From: an uncultured Candidatus Saccharibacteria bacterium | GTDB taxonomy: Bacteria > Patescibacteriota > Minisyncoccia > Phycocordibacterales > CAZTTV01 | DNA: 33,728 nt | NCBI GenBank assembly: GCA_964616385.1 | Contig: CAZTTV010000002.1 | Location: forward strand, 1 to 33,728 | Direction: 5' to 3' | In this document: in pieces, positions 27,176 through 33,728 of the stretch | Position numbering within the stretch: the first letter of the stretch is position 1 | Layout: each line of letters opens with the position of its first letter | The notes under the pieces: model-generated | The model's database searches: none | Told to the model about the DNA's origin: nothing | The model's input: only the letters and a program-made list of their open reading frames with translations | Position numbers and translations under genes: made by a program

Positions 27176-27206
27176 ATTTAAAACCCCACCTACGTTGAGA
27201 TGGGGT
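27176..27206 (-). terminator. intrinsic terminator overlapping the stop of the 118-aa ORF
   Basis: Minus strand reads ACCCCATCT-CAACGT-AGGTGGGGT followed by TTTTAAATTTT. Confidence 0.5.
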
Positions 27207-27546
27207 CTTTTTCTATTATATTTTCTGTAAGTTCTTCCAAAGTACTCAAACCTTTTGGGGTTATTATAATACCTTGGAAATATCCTGTTTTTGCAAGGTC
27301 ATTCATAGAAACTATATTAAATACTGATGCTCTTGTTTCATCCGTTATTTCAAAATAAAGACTATCTATTTCAACATCAATTTTAAACAGCTTAGGTACT
27401 CCACCAAACAATTCTTTATTTTGAAACAACTTTGCTACAATCTTATTTACCACGTCATCAATTAACATCGGCTTACGTTCCTCTTCTAGTACAAGAAGTA
27501 CATAATGCAATGCTCTTTCTCTGTCAGATATACCATCAATATTCAT
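27190..27546 (-). CDS. hypothetical protein, possibly winged-helix-like (ORF track start GTG 27552; ATG 27546 with SD preferred)
   Basis: SD GAGGAG lies 7 nt before the ATG. No firm motif; the C-terminal ...LAKTGYFQGIIITPKGLSTLEEL is reminiscent of wHTH wings. Confidence 0.5.
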   Translation of the reverse strand: MNIDGISDRERALHYVLLVLEEERKPMLIDDVVNKIVAKLFQNKELFGGVPKLFKIDVEIDSLYFEITDETRASVFNIVSMNDLAKTGYFQGIIITPKGLSTLEELTENIIEKDPIST

Positions 27547-27589
27547 GAACACTCTCCTCGGTTGGTAAAATTACTTAAATCTAATAAGT

Positions 27590-27617
27590 ATTTTACATAT
27601 AAAAACAGAAAAATCAA
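27590..27617 (-). promoter_or_regulatory. sigma70-like promoter TTGATT-16 nt-TAAAAT for the 118-aa ORF
   Basis: Minus strand reads TTGATTTTTCTGTTTTTATATGTAAAAT, in the spacer after the rmuC stop. Confidence 0.35.
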
Positions 27618-27650
27618 CATATTTAGATATTTAATCTTTATATATGAAGA

Positions 27651-28748
27651 TTATTCGTCATCTAATTTTGGTTTTTCAATTACCAACGACTCTATTTCAG
27701 GAGAAGTACCTGAAATTCGTACAACATCTTTATCAATCTTTTTAAGCTCTTTGTGTGCTGTATTGTAGTGATTTACCGTTGTACCCAGAGAGTTCCCAAT
27801 CTTAGCCATAAATTGATCATAGTTACTTATATGTCTACCCAACTCACCTACCCTTTTTTGTATTTCTTTTGCAGATTCTTCTATCTTTAACGCACGGAGT
27901 CCTTGCATTACTGTCTGAAGATATGCCATGAAAGACGTTGGGGAAACTATTATTACGTGCTTTTCTCTAAATGCGTATTCTATTAAATCTCTGGTAGAGC
28001 TTTTTACTGAGCCCACCTTGTTTACCAATAAATCATAATATATAGCCTCAGAAGGAATGAACATGAACGCAAATTCCATAGTCCCATCCTTAGGTCTTAC
28101 ATATTTTGAAGTCTCATCTATTCTATTTTTTATATCTTGTACAAACAACTTTTCCAAACGTATAATTTCAGTTTCATCTTTTTCGTTGACTATACGATTG
28201 TAGTTTTCAAGAGAAAATTTTGAGTCGACTGGAAGAATTTTATCTTTTTTTGTTTTATCAAAAAATATTACAGCATCTACAATATCTCCATCAGGAAACT
28301 TATACTGAAGTTTGAAATGCTCAGGTGGTAAAACATTTTTTAATACAGTATCTAAAAAATACTCCCCCAGAACACCTCTTTGTTTTGGATTTTGTAATGT
28401 GTTTTGAAGAGTTTTTAGTTGGTCTGTTACATTAACGACTTGCCTATTTGTTTCTTTAACATGAGTTATTTGTTCTGTAATGTCACGAATTAATTTTTGT
28501 GATTCACTAAATTGTGTTTTTACTGCATTTTGCATTTGTGTTTGAGATTCACCTAGTTTCATATCAACACTGCGAGCCAAATTTTCTATTTGATTTTGTA
28601 GCATTAAAAAACTTTTATCATTACTATCTTCATCTTTCTTATCTTCATGATGACTTTTTTTGCGTACAATCATGTACCAGATTACTCCACCAACTACAAT
28701 TATAGTTACAAGCGCTGTTATTATAGATATATATATTAATGATTCCAT
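27651..28748 (-). CDS. rmuC: DNA recombination protein RmuC (ORF track start TTG 28754; ATG 28748 preferred)
   Basis: N-terminal TM helix, a coiled-coil region, and the RmuC nuclease-like core ...EFAFMFIPSEAIYYDLL...HVIIVSPTSFMAYLQTV. Confidence 0.85.
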   Translation of the reverse strand: MESLIYISIITALVTIIVVGGVIWYMIVRKKSHHEDKKDEDSNDKSFLMLQNQIENLARSVDMKLGESQTQMQNAVKTQFSESQKLIRDITEQITHVKETNRQVVNVTDQLKTLQNTLQNPKQRGVLGEYFLDTVLKNVLPPEHFKLQYKFPDGDIVDAVIFFDKTKKDKILPVDSKFSLENYNRIVNEKDETEIIRLEKLFVQDIKNRIDETSKYVRPKDGTMEFAFMFIPSEAIYYDLLVNKVGSVKSSTRDLIEYAFREKHVIIVSPTSFMAYLQTVMQGLRALKIEESAKEIQKRVGELGRHISNYDQFMAKIGNSLGTTVNHYNTAHKELKKIDKDVVRISGTSPEIESLVIEKPKLDDE

Positions 28749-28755
28749 TTTCAAG

Positions 28756-28764
28756 ATTATATCA
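28756..28764 (-). promoter_or_regulatory. extended -10 promoter TGATATAAT, 7 nt upstream of rmuC ATG 28748
   Basis: Minus strand reads GTATGATATAAT-CTTGAAA-ATG; no SD. Confidence 0.45.
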
Positions 28765-28777
28765 TACTTAATACATA

Positions 28778-31477
28778 TTAAGATTTCTTCTTTTTAATAA
28801 AATACGTATATTTTATTACCTCTATTATAAGTAAGTTAAGTATACCTATTGTTACGACGAAGAATATCTCTGGTAATGTTAAGAATGTAAGTGAAAGAAG
28901 AGTACGTAGAAATGGTACAAACAATGCAAGCAACAAAGTTAACAAGCTTGCAGACAAAGCAAATATTAAATATTTATTATTCAATATATTTATTTTCCAA
29001 ATTGGCTTATTTATATCTTTCAGCGAAAATGTAAAGAACATTGAATCAAGAGAAAGAAGTACAAACATTACGGTCCTAATCTCTTCTATAACCATATCTG
29101 TCTTAAGAAGAATAAAGTATACGATTGTAAGTAAACTGCCAGTAACAAGTCCCAATATAAGTATTAATTTTCGCAGATCTGGTGTTATTATGCTCCTCAT
29201 CATAGGCGAGCTTGGGTTTCTTTTCATTATATTTGACTCTTTTGGTTCAAATGCGAAAGAAAAATTCATAAATCCTTCCTCAACAATATTTGTCCAAAGT
29301 ATTTGAGCTGGCAAAATTGGTAACGGAGCACCAAAAGCAAGAGCTGCACCAACAACAAGAATTTCACTGAAACCAGTTGAGAGCAAATACACAACTATTT
29401 TTTTAAGATTATCTAACACACGTCTACCCTCTTCTATCGCAGCCACTATTACTGTAAAACTATTATCCAACAAAACCATATCAGATGCTTCTTTGGCAAC
29501 ATCAGTCCCGCTACCAAGTGCAATACCTATATTCGCACGTCTCAATGCTGGTGCATCGTTTATCCCGTCACCTGTCATAGCAACAACTTCCCCACTGTCT
29601 TTTAATACCTGAACTATCCTCATTTTTTGATGTGGCATGACTCTTGCAAATACCCTAGTTTTTTTAAGCGCAGATAATAATTCCTTGTTATTCATATTTT
29701 CTATATCAGTACCCACCAAAACACTGCCATTATCGGTTGTTATACCAACCTCAACTGCAATTCTTTTTGCAGTGTTTTTATTGTCTCCAGTGAGCATAAT
29801 AATTTTTGCGCCAGCGCTTTTTGCTTCTTTTATAGAAACTGGAACATCTTTTCTAATAGGGTCATGAATTAATATAAAACCTCCAAATACTATTGAATTT
29901 AATACAGGCAAACTTTCGTCTTTTTCTGCATCAGAAAATGATGTTTCGTGTGTATCTTTATAAGCTACGCCAATAAGACGCATACCTTCACTACTTTTTT
30001 CTTCTTGTACTTTTTGAAACTCTTCTTTTATTTTTTTTGTTATTTTATTCTTTTTACCATTTATATAAAAATGTGTGGAATTCTCCAACAAGAGTTCTGG
30101 TGATCCAGCGATATATACCCTATTAAATTTAGACTCTGGAAGTTTTCGCAATGATGCGGTAAACCTTCTTTCTGATTCAAATGGGATTGTATCTAATTCA
30201 GGATTATTTTTCAAAATGATATCTTGCTTTAATCCAGACTCTAACCCAGCAAGAACAACAGCCTTTTCAACTGGTCGTCCATGTACTATCCATTCTGCAG
30301 TAGCGTCATCATATCCTTCAACAAATGCATCTGATGTTAAAATACTCATTGCCAACACATCCCTATCATCTGCACCGTCTGAAACTATTTTATTTTTTAC
30401 ATTTATACCTTTTTTTTGACCAAACGAAGATGCTGTTAAGATTGAGGCGACTCTCATTCTCGCTTTAGTTAGTGTACCTGTTTTGTCTGTAAGTATGACA
30501 GTTGTACTACCTAGTGTTTCAGCAGCAAGTAGATTTCGCACTAATCCTTTTTTCTTTAATATTGTTTCCATTCCTATTGCTAAAACTACAGTAACAGCAG
30601 CAGGTAGCCCTTCAGGCATAGCAGCAACAGCAATAGCTATCGCTATTAAGAACATCTCACTTGCAGGCATCCCCCTCCAAATACCTAGAAAAAAGATGAC
30701 TGCTAAAACAACCGATATTGCAATAGCGATATTTCTAGCAAGTTTTTTAATACTTTTTTGAAGTGGTGTAGGATTCTCTCTCTTTTCTGACAAACTCTCT
30801 GCTATTTTACCCATTTCGGTACTGCTCCCAATTTCAACAACAACACCACGAGCAGAGCCAGACACAGCAAGTGTCCCCATCCACACCATATTATACTGCT
30901 CAGAAATAGGGATATTTTCTAATTGTTTTTGTGTATTTTTTGACACTTCTACCCACTCACCCGTTAAGATAGACTCATTCACAGATAGCTCTGTACTATC
31001 TAATAACCGTATATCTGCTGGTATAATAGCGCCCGACTCAATCAAAACTATATCTCCAGAGACAAGCTTGTCTGTTAATATAATTTTCTGTACGCCGTCT
31101 CTTATTACTGTTGCATATTTTTCTTGGGATTTTTTTAATTTTGCAAATGCATTTGATGCTTTTTCTTCCTGTATAGCTCCAATTACTACATTGATTAGAA
31201 GAGCAATCACTATCACTGTCATATCTAAAAATTCATGTAAAAAAAATGTTACCACACCTGCAATAAGCAAAACAAAAACTAAAGGACTTTTAAATTGAGC
31301 TACTATAACTTTTGATATGCTACGTGAACTTTCTGTTTTTAAGACATTGTATCCACATTTTTTTTGACGAGACAAAATCTCTTTAGATGTTAATCCTTTA
31401 TAAAAATCTGTGTTTAATTTTCTTTTTAATTCAGTGAGTGAAAGTTTGTACCAATCTATTTTTATATTCGCATTCAT
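28778..31477 (-). CDS. cation-transporting P-type ATPase, type II (Ca2+/PMCA-SERCA-like)
   Basis: Phosphorylation site LTDKTGTLT, TM4 PEGLP, TGDN and GDGINDAPAL. About 10 TM helices over 899 aa. The A-domain motif reads TGEW. Confidence 0.9.
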   Translation of the reverse strand: MNANIKIDWYKLSLTELKRKLNTDFYKGLTSKEILSRQKKCGYNVLKTESSRSISKVIVAQFKSPLVFVLLIAGVVTFFLHEFLDMTVIVIALLINVVIGAIQEEKASNAFAKLKKSQEKYATVIRDGVQKIILTDKLVSGDIVLIESGAIIPADIRLLDSTELSVNESILTGEWVEVSKNTQKQLENIPISEQYNMVWMGTLAVSGSARGVVVEIGSSTEMGKIAESLSEKRENPTPLQKSIKKLARNIAIAISVVLAVIFFLGIWRGMPASEMFLIAIAIAVAAMPEGLPAAVTVVLAIGMETILKKKGLVRNLLAAETLGSTTVILTDKTGTLTKARMRVASILTASSFGQKKGINVKNKIVSDGADDRDVLAMSILTSDAFVEGYDDATAEWIVHGRPVEKAVVLAGLESGLKQDIILKNNPELDTIPFESERRFTASLRKLPESKFNRVYIAGSPELLLENSTHFYINGKKNKITKKIKEEFQKVQEEKSSEGMRLIGVAYKDTHETSFSDAEKDESLPVLNSIVFGGFILIHDPIRKDVPVSIKEAKSAGAKIIMLTGDNKNTAKRIAVEVGITTDNGSVLVGTDIENMNNKELLSALKKTRVFARVMPHQKMRIVQVLKDSGEVVAMTGDGINDAPALRRANIGIALGSGTDVAKEASDMVLLDNSFTVIVAAIEEGRRVLDNLKKIVVYLLSTGFSEILVVGAALAFGAPLPILPAQILWTNIVEEGFMNFSFAFEPKESNIMKRNPSSPMMRSIITPDLRKLILILGLVTGSLLTIVYFILLKTDMVIEEIRTVMFVLLSLDSMFFTFSLKDINKPIWKINILNNKYLIFALSASLLTLLLALFVPFLRTLLSLTFLTLPEIFFVVTIGILNLLIIEVIKYTYFIKKKKS

Positions 31478-31485
31478 TAATAATT

Positions 31486-31495
31486 ATTATATCAC
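31486..31495 (-). promoter_or_regulatory. extended -10 promoter GTGATATAAT, 8 nt upstream of the ATPase ATG
   Basis: Minus strand reads TTAGTGATATAAT-AATTATTA-ATG; no SD. Confidence 0.45.
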
Positions 31496-31544
31496 TAACT
31501 ACTATATGTTTTATAGTTTAAATTATATACCATCAATAATATTA

Positions 31545-31573
31545 TTGACCTTTTATAGTTTATTATTTATACT
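31545..31573 (+). promoter_or_regulatory. sigma70-like promoter TTGACC-17 nt-TATACT for the DUF397-like gene
   Basis: Read directly. It is followed by a ~45-nt leader with SD AAGGAGA (31612..31618) 6 nt before the ATG at 31625. Confidence 0.45.
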
Positions 31574-31624
31574 TTAAAATAGAAGTTGTATTTTTGTTTA
31601 TAATATAAAATAAGGAGATACGAT

Positions 31625-31867
31625 ATGTTGACCGATAAATACAAGAAATCAAGTTTCTGCTTCCCACTTCCTGGCTGTGTTGAAGTCAAATTCAAAACGG
31701 CAAGTGAATGTTGTCTAGGCGCATGTGTTGAAATTGGACAAAAAGATGGAAATGTCATGGTAAAAGATTCCAAAAACCCTAACGGCCCGACACTATCATT
31801 TGATACTGACGAATGGAACGCATTCATTAAGGGCGCCAAAGCCGGCGAGTTTGATATCCCTTCTTAA
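31625..31867 (+). CDS. DUF397-like small protein
   Basis: KKSSFC...GCVEV...VMVKDSKNPNGPTLSFDTDEWNAFIKGAKAGEFD matches the DUF397 signature known from actinomycetes. Confidence 0.7.
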   Translation: MLTDKYKKSSFCFPLPGCVEVKFKTASECCLGACVEIGQKDGNVMVKDSKNPNGPTLSFDTDEWNAFIKGAKAGEFDIPS

Positions 31868-31887
31868 TATGAGCACACCCCCAAATC

Positions 31888-31917
31888 GACCACACATTAC
31901 TGTGTGGTCTTTTTTTT
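31888..31917 (+). terminator. intrinsic terminator of the DUF397-like gene
   Basis: GACCACACA-TTAC-TGTGTGGTC followed by T8. Confidence 0.75.
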
Positions 31918-31971
31918 GTTAATTAGCCATAGACTATATTATTCTGGCAAAAGATTTTAAAATAATATTTG

Positions 31972-31998
31972 AGTTGGAAACCGGGTTTCCAACTTTTA
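31972..31998 (+). terminator. second hairpin plus T-rich tail (AGTTGGAAAC-CGG-GTTTCCAACT-TTTAT); function unclear
   Basis: A perfect 10-bp stem read directly. It lies between the convergent DUF397-like and nuclease genes. Confidence 0.4.
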
Positions 31999-32029
31999 TT
32001 TTGCGACACACCGCACGACTTTTTATTTT

Positions 32030-32809
32030 TTAAAGTAATCTTCTTTGCTCTTCTGTTTTATTTTTTGATACACCTAGTACAGAATCTCTATACCTACAAT
32101 AATCACAGTCTGAAGCTGATTCTGGTATATCTTCATCATCAAGTGTCTTTTTCAAATCTATAATTGTTTTTTCAACCCAACTATCATCACCCTTATATGG
32201 TATCAGTGTCACATCAAATTCAAGCTTACCGTTAAATACTTTTTTATCTTTGTACGCATTAGCATAGACAAAATACCCAGTATTAGACACTTTGAAACCA
32301 TTTTGTCGCAGTAGCCACTGATACACTTCCATTTGTCTTTTATATCCAATATGCCAATCTTCTTCAAGTTTATCTATTTTTTCATTTTTACTTGTAGCTT
32401 TGTAATCAACCACAATTAACTCACCTTCTGGGTTTATCCATATATCATCAACAGCACCAAATACAGTAAATCCCGTTTTAGAATGTTTTGTTTCGACACC
32501 TTTAAAATTATCACGCCATACGTCCATCTTTGGATGTTCATATGGAATAGCATCAATACCGTACTTCTTCATTATTGGATGAGGAGTTTTATCTGCTCGA
32601 TAAATATCAAACTCTTTTTTAAACAGATGGTCAACAGCACTATTTAAGTTAAATGGATACCCAGGCGGTCTTGCCACACCAAGTTTATTGTCTATATAAA
32701 AACATTTTTGGCACTGTTTAAAAAGGTCAATTTTTGACCTACTAAGTCGCCATCTGTCTCCTCCATAATTCCAGTTTGGATTTCTATTTGGTTTATAATA
32801 TCCTGACAT
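32030..32809 (-). CDS. PD-(D/E)XK nuclease family protein (Cas4/RecB-like core; ORF track start 32839, ATG 32809 preferred)
   Basis: GAVDDIW...LIVVDYKATSK (D...D-x-K), QxxxY (QMEVYQWLL), N-terminal CQKC and C-terminal CDYC. Confidence 0.7.
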   Translation of the reverse strand: MSGYYKPNRNPNWNYGGDRWRLSRSKIDLFKQCQKCFYIDNKLGVARPPGYPFNLNSAVDHLFKKEFDIYRADKTPHPIMKKYGIDAIPYEHPKMDVWRDNFKGVETKHSKTGFTVFGAVDDIWINPEGELIVVDYKATSKNEKIDKLEEDWHIGYKRQMEVYQWLLRQNGFKVSNTGYFVYANAYKDKKVFNGKLEFDVTLIPYKGDDSWVEKTIIDLKKTLDDEDIPESASDCDYCRYRDSVLGVSKNKTEEQRRLL

Positions 32810-32817
32810 TAAATCAA

Positions 32818-32828
32818 ATTGTATCACA
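32818..32828 (-). promoter_or_regulatory. extended -10 promoter TGTGATACAAT, 8 nt upstream of ATG 32809
   Basis: Minus strand reads CGTTGTGATACAAT-TTGATTTA-ATG; no SD. Confidence 0.45.
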
Positions 32829-32837
32829 ACGAACACC

Positions 32838-32878
32838 AAAAACTAAACCTGCCAAGATTATCGGCAGGTTTAGTTTTT
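32838..32878. terminator. intrinsic terminator (16-bp perfect stem, A/T runs on both sides) after the 200-aa ORF
   Basis: AAAAACTAAACCTGCC-AAGATTATC-GGCAGGTTTAGTTTTT. Confidence 0.7.
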
Positions 32879-32896
32879 GTAAATTACACAAATTTT

Positions 32897-33499
32897 TTAT
32901 CTTATTCGTATTGCGTTGAATGTAGATTTTACGACTTTGCCAGATTTATCAGTTACAATAGCATCTTTTTTGTGATCAAAAAGATTGTCTCCATTATCTG
33001 AGTACAGAACCGCATAATAAACTCCCCCTTCTACTGTATTTCTTAACAAATCAACAAGTCCTTTGTATGTTCCAGCATCAAATCTTTGTGCTCCAAGTAT
33101 ATTACCTAGTTTACCGTCATTGTCTTCATGAATAGCAATCCATCCACTACCTTCAAGTGTTACTGAGTCAACAACTACCCTTAGCCCAGCTGGCTGGTCA
33201 CTCACAGTGAGGCTACTTTTTGAAGAAACTTTTTTATCTACAACAATAACATTTGTTTTATTATTTGTAGTATTTTTTATCTCTTTATCATTTGCAACAG
33301 TATTAGTTACTTCTTTTTTTGTATCAGTATCTTTTTTCTTTGTTATATTCAAAACTTTTGAATTAATTACTAGATAGTATCCTCCTGCACCTATAATCAC
33401 TCCTATTAAAAAAGAAATGATTAAATTCTTCTTTGAATATTTTGTCTGCTTTGTCTTTTCTACATATTCTGTCTCATTTGAACTATTTTGATATTCCAT
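32897..33499 (-). CDS. hypothetical membrane-anchored/secreted protein with K/T/N-rich linker and beta-rich C-terminal domain
   Basis: TM helix LIISFLIGVIIGAGGYYLVI. C-terminal domain ...VVVDSVTLEGSGWIAIHEDNDGKLGNILGAQRFDAGTY...YYAVLYSDNGD. Confidence 0.55.
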   Translation of the reverse strand: MEYQNSSNETEYVEKTKQTKYSKKNLIISFLIGVIIGAGGYYLVINSKVLNITKKKDTDTKKEVTNTVANDKEIKNTTNNKTNVIVVDKKVSSKSSLTVSDQPAGLRVVVDSVTLEGSGWIAIHEDNDGKLGNILGAQRFDAGTYKGLVDLLRNTVEGGVYYAVLYSDNGDNLFDHKKDAIVTDKSGKVVKSTFNAIRIR

Positions 33500-33533
33500 A
33501 AGCTATTTTTATACTAGACTTTGTAATTTCGCC

Positions 33534-33545
33534 ATTATATCACAA
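33534..33545 (-). promoter_or_regulatory. extended -10 promoter TTGTGATATAAT, 34 nt upstream of ATG 33499 (a second -10-like TATAAA lies 8 nt from the ATG)
   Basis: Read directly on the minus strand, immediately downstream of the mnmA terminator. Confidence 0.4.
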
Positions 33546-33565
33546 CTTTTTATAAATACCAGAAA

Positions 33566-33615
33566 ACACCCAGAAAGCCTCTTTTATCGTCGACAAAAGA
33601 GGCTTTCTGGGTGTT
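33566..33615 (-). terminator. intrinsic terminator (about 20-bp perfect stem) downstream of mnmA
   Basis: ACACCCAGAAAGCCTCTTTT-ATCGTCGAC-AAAAGAGGCTTTCTGGGTGT, with T-rich tails on both strands. Confidence 0.7.
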
Positions 33616-33655
33616 TTATAGACTATATTAACAATAACTATTATTTATGTATATT

Positions 33656-33728
33656 TTATGAAATAACCCCACCTCCAATACACTCTTCCCCATTATACAG
33701 AACCAATGATTGTCCTCTAGCTACATTT
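33656..33728 (-). CDS. mnmA: 3' end (last 23 codons) of a tRNA 2-thiouridylase MnmA-like gene, truncated by the window edge
   Basis: The minus-strand translation ...NVARGQSLVLYNGEECIGGGVIS* resembles the conserved MnmA C-terminus (..GQ..V.Y.G...LGGG.I). Confidence 0.45.
   Translation of the reverse strand, partial: NVARGQSLVLYNGEECIGGGVIS

Noticed and set aside
1161-31298. Many long antisense ORFs lie inside recognised genes. Examples are 7696..8286 opposite the carboxypeptidase, 10046..10591 opposite ftsW, 25629..26129 opposite recR, and several opposite the P-type ATPase.
   Set aside because: Their products are low-complexity S/F/I/L-rich strings, as expected from reading K/E/N-rich codons backwards. 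Each is fully nested in a gene with strong family motifs, and none has promoter or SD signals. They are shadow ORFs.
1756-33615. Unusually long perfect hairpins (1756..1802, 32838..32878, 33566..33615) could be MITE-like or mobile-element inverted repeats.
   Set aside because: The arms of the three hairpins share no sequence with one another. Each sits directly after a stop codon and is followed by a T-run. They behave as ordinary, if strong, intrinsic terminators.
31929-33630. An exact 13-nt direct repeat, ATAGACTATATTA, occurs at 31929..31941 and 33618..33630. The two copies bracket the nuclease gene and the 200-aa ORF, so they could be insertion-site duplications.
   Set aside because: In DNA this AT-rich, dozens of 13-mer coincidences are expected in 33 kb by a rough estimate. 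No integrase, transposase or terminal inverted repeats accompany them.
1-33728. I searched by eye for CRISPR arrays, tRNA/rRNA genes, transposases and integrases.
   Set aside because: There are no regularly spaced direct repeats and no T-loop-like GGTTCGAATCC-type motifs in the spacers. The largest intergenic gaps (about 150-230 nt) are accounted for by promoters and terminators. No ORF has recombinase motifs.

Overview
This is a very AT-rich, tightly packed bacterial chromosomal segment with about 37 protein genes on both strands. It uses the standard genetic code; TAA, TAG and TGA all serve as stops. Housekeeping genes dominate. There are four aminoacyl-tRNA ligases (trpS, short archaeal-type aspS, gltX, cysS) and a cell-wall/division block (S11 D-Ala-D-Ala carboxypeptidase, mraY, ftsW, murG, M23 peptidase). 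Also present are scpA-scpB, dnaB, recR, rmuC, ribosomal proteins L27, L9 and L21, an S41 C-terminal protease, corA, a type-II P-type ATPase, an orphan 7TM histidine kinase and the 3' end of mnmA. The style (dense packing, few Shine-Dalgarno sites, many small membrane-anchored hypotheticals) resembles Patescibacteria/CPR genomes, but that is inference only. I found no rRNA, tRNA, CRISPR array, transposase or integrase, and I do not see a clear multi-gene novel system such as a defence island. Three things stand out. (i) An extended -10 box, TTGTGATAyAAT, recurs 6-10 nt from start codons, which implies many leaderless mRNAs. A handful of accessory genes instead carry TTGACA-type -35 boxes and strong SD sites. 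(ii) The minus-strand block 17754->15394 is the least ordinary stretch. It holds an orphan, divergent PurC-like ligase, then an unannotated SD-driven 39-codon Cys-rich sORF that runs through an intrinsic terminator and overlaps the start of an endonuclease III homologue lacking the 4-Cys Fe-S motif. A VirB1/IagB-like lytic transglycosylase follows, whose conserved N-terminal half has no canonical start codon. (iii) There is a stand-alone DUF397-like gene and two Cas4-like PD-(D/E)XK nucleases with no CRISPR context.
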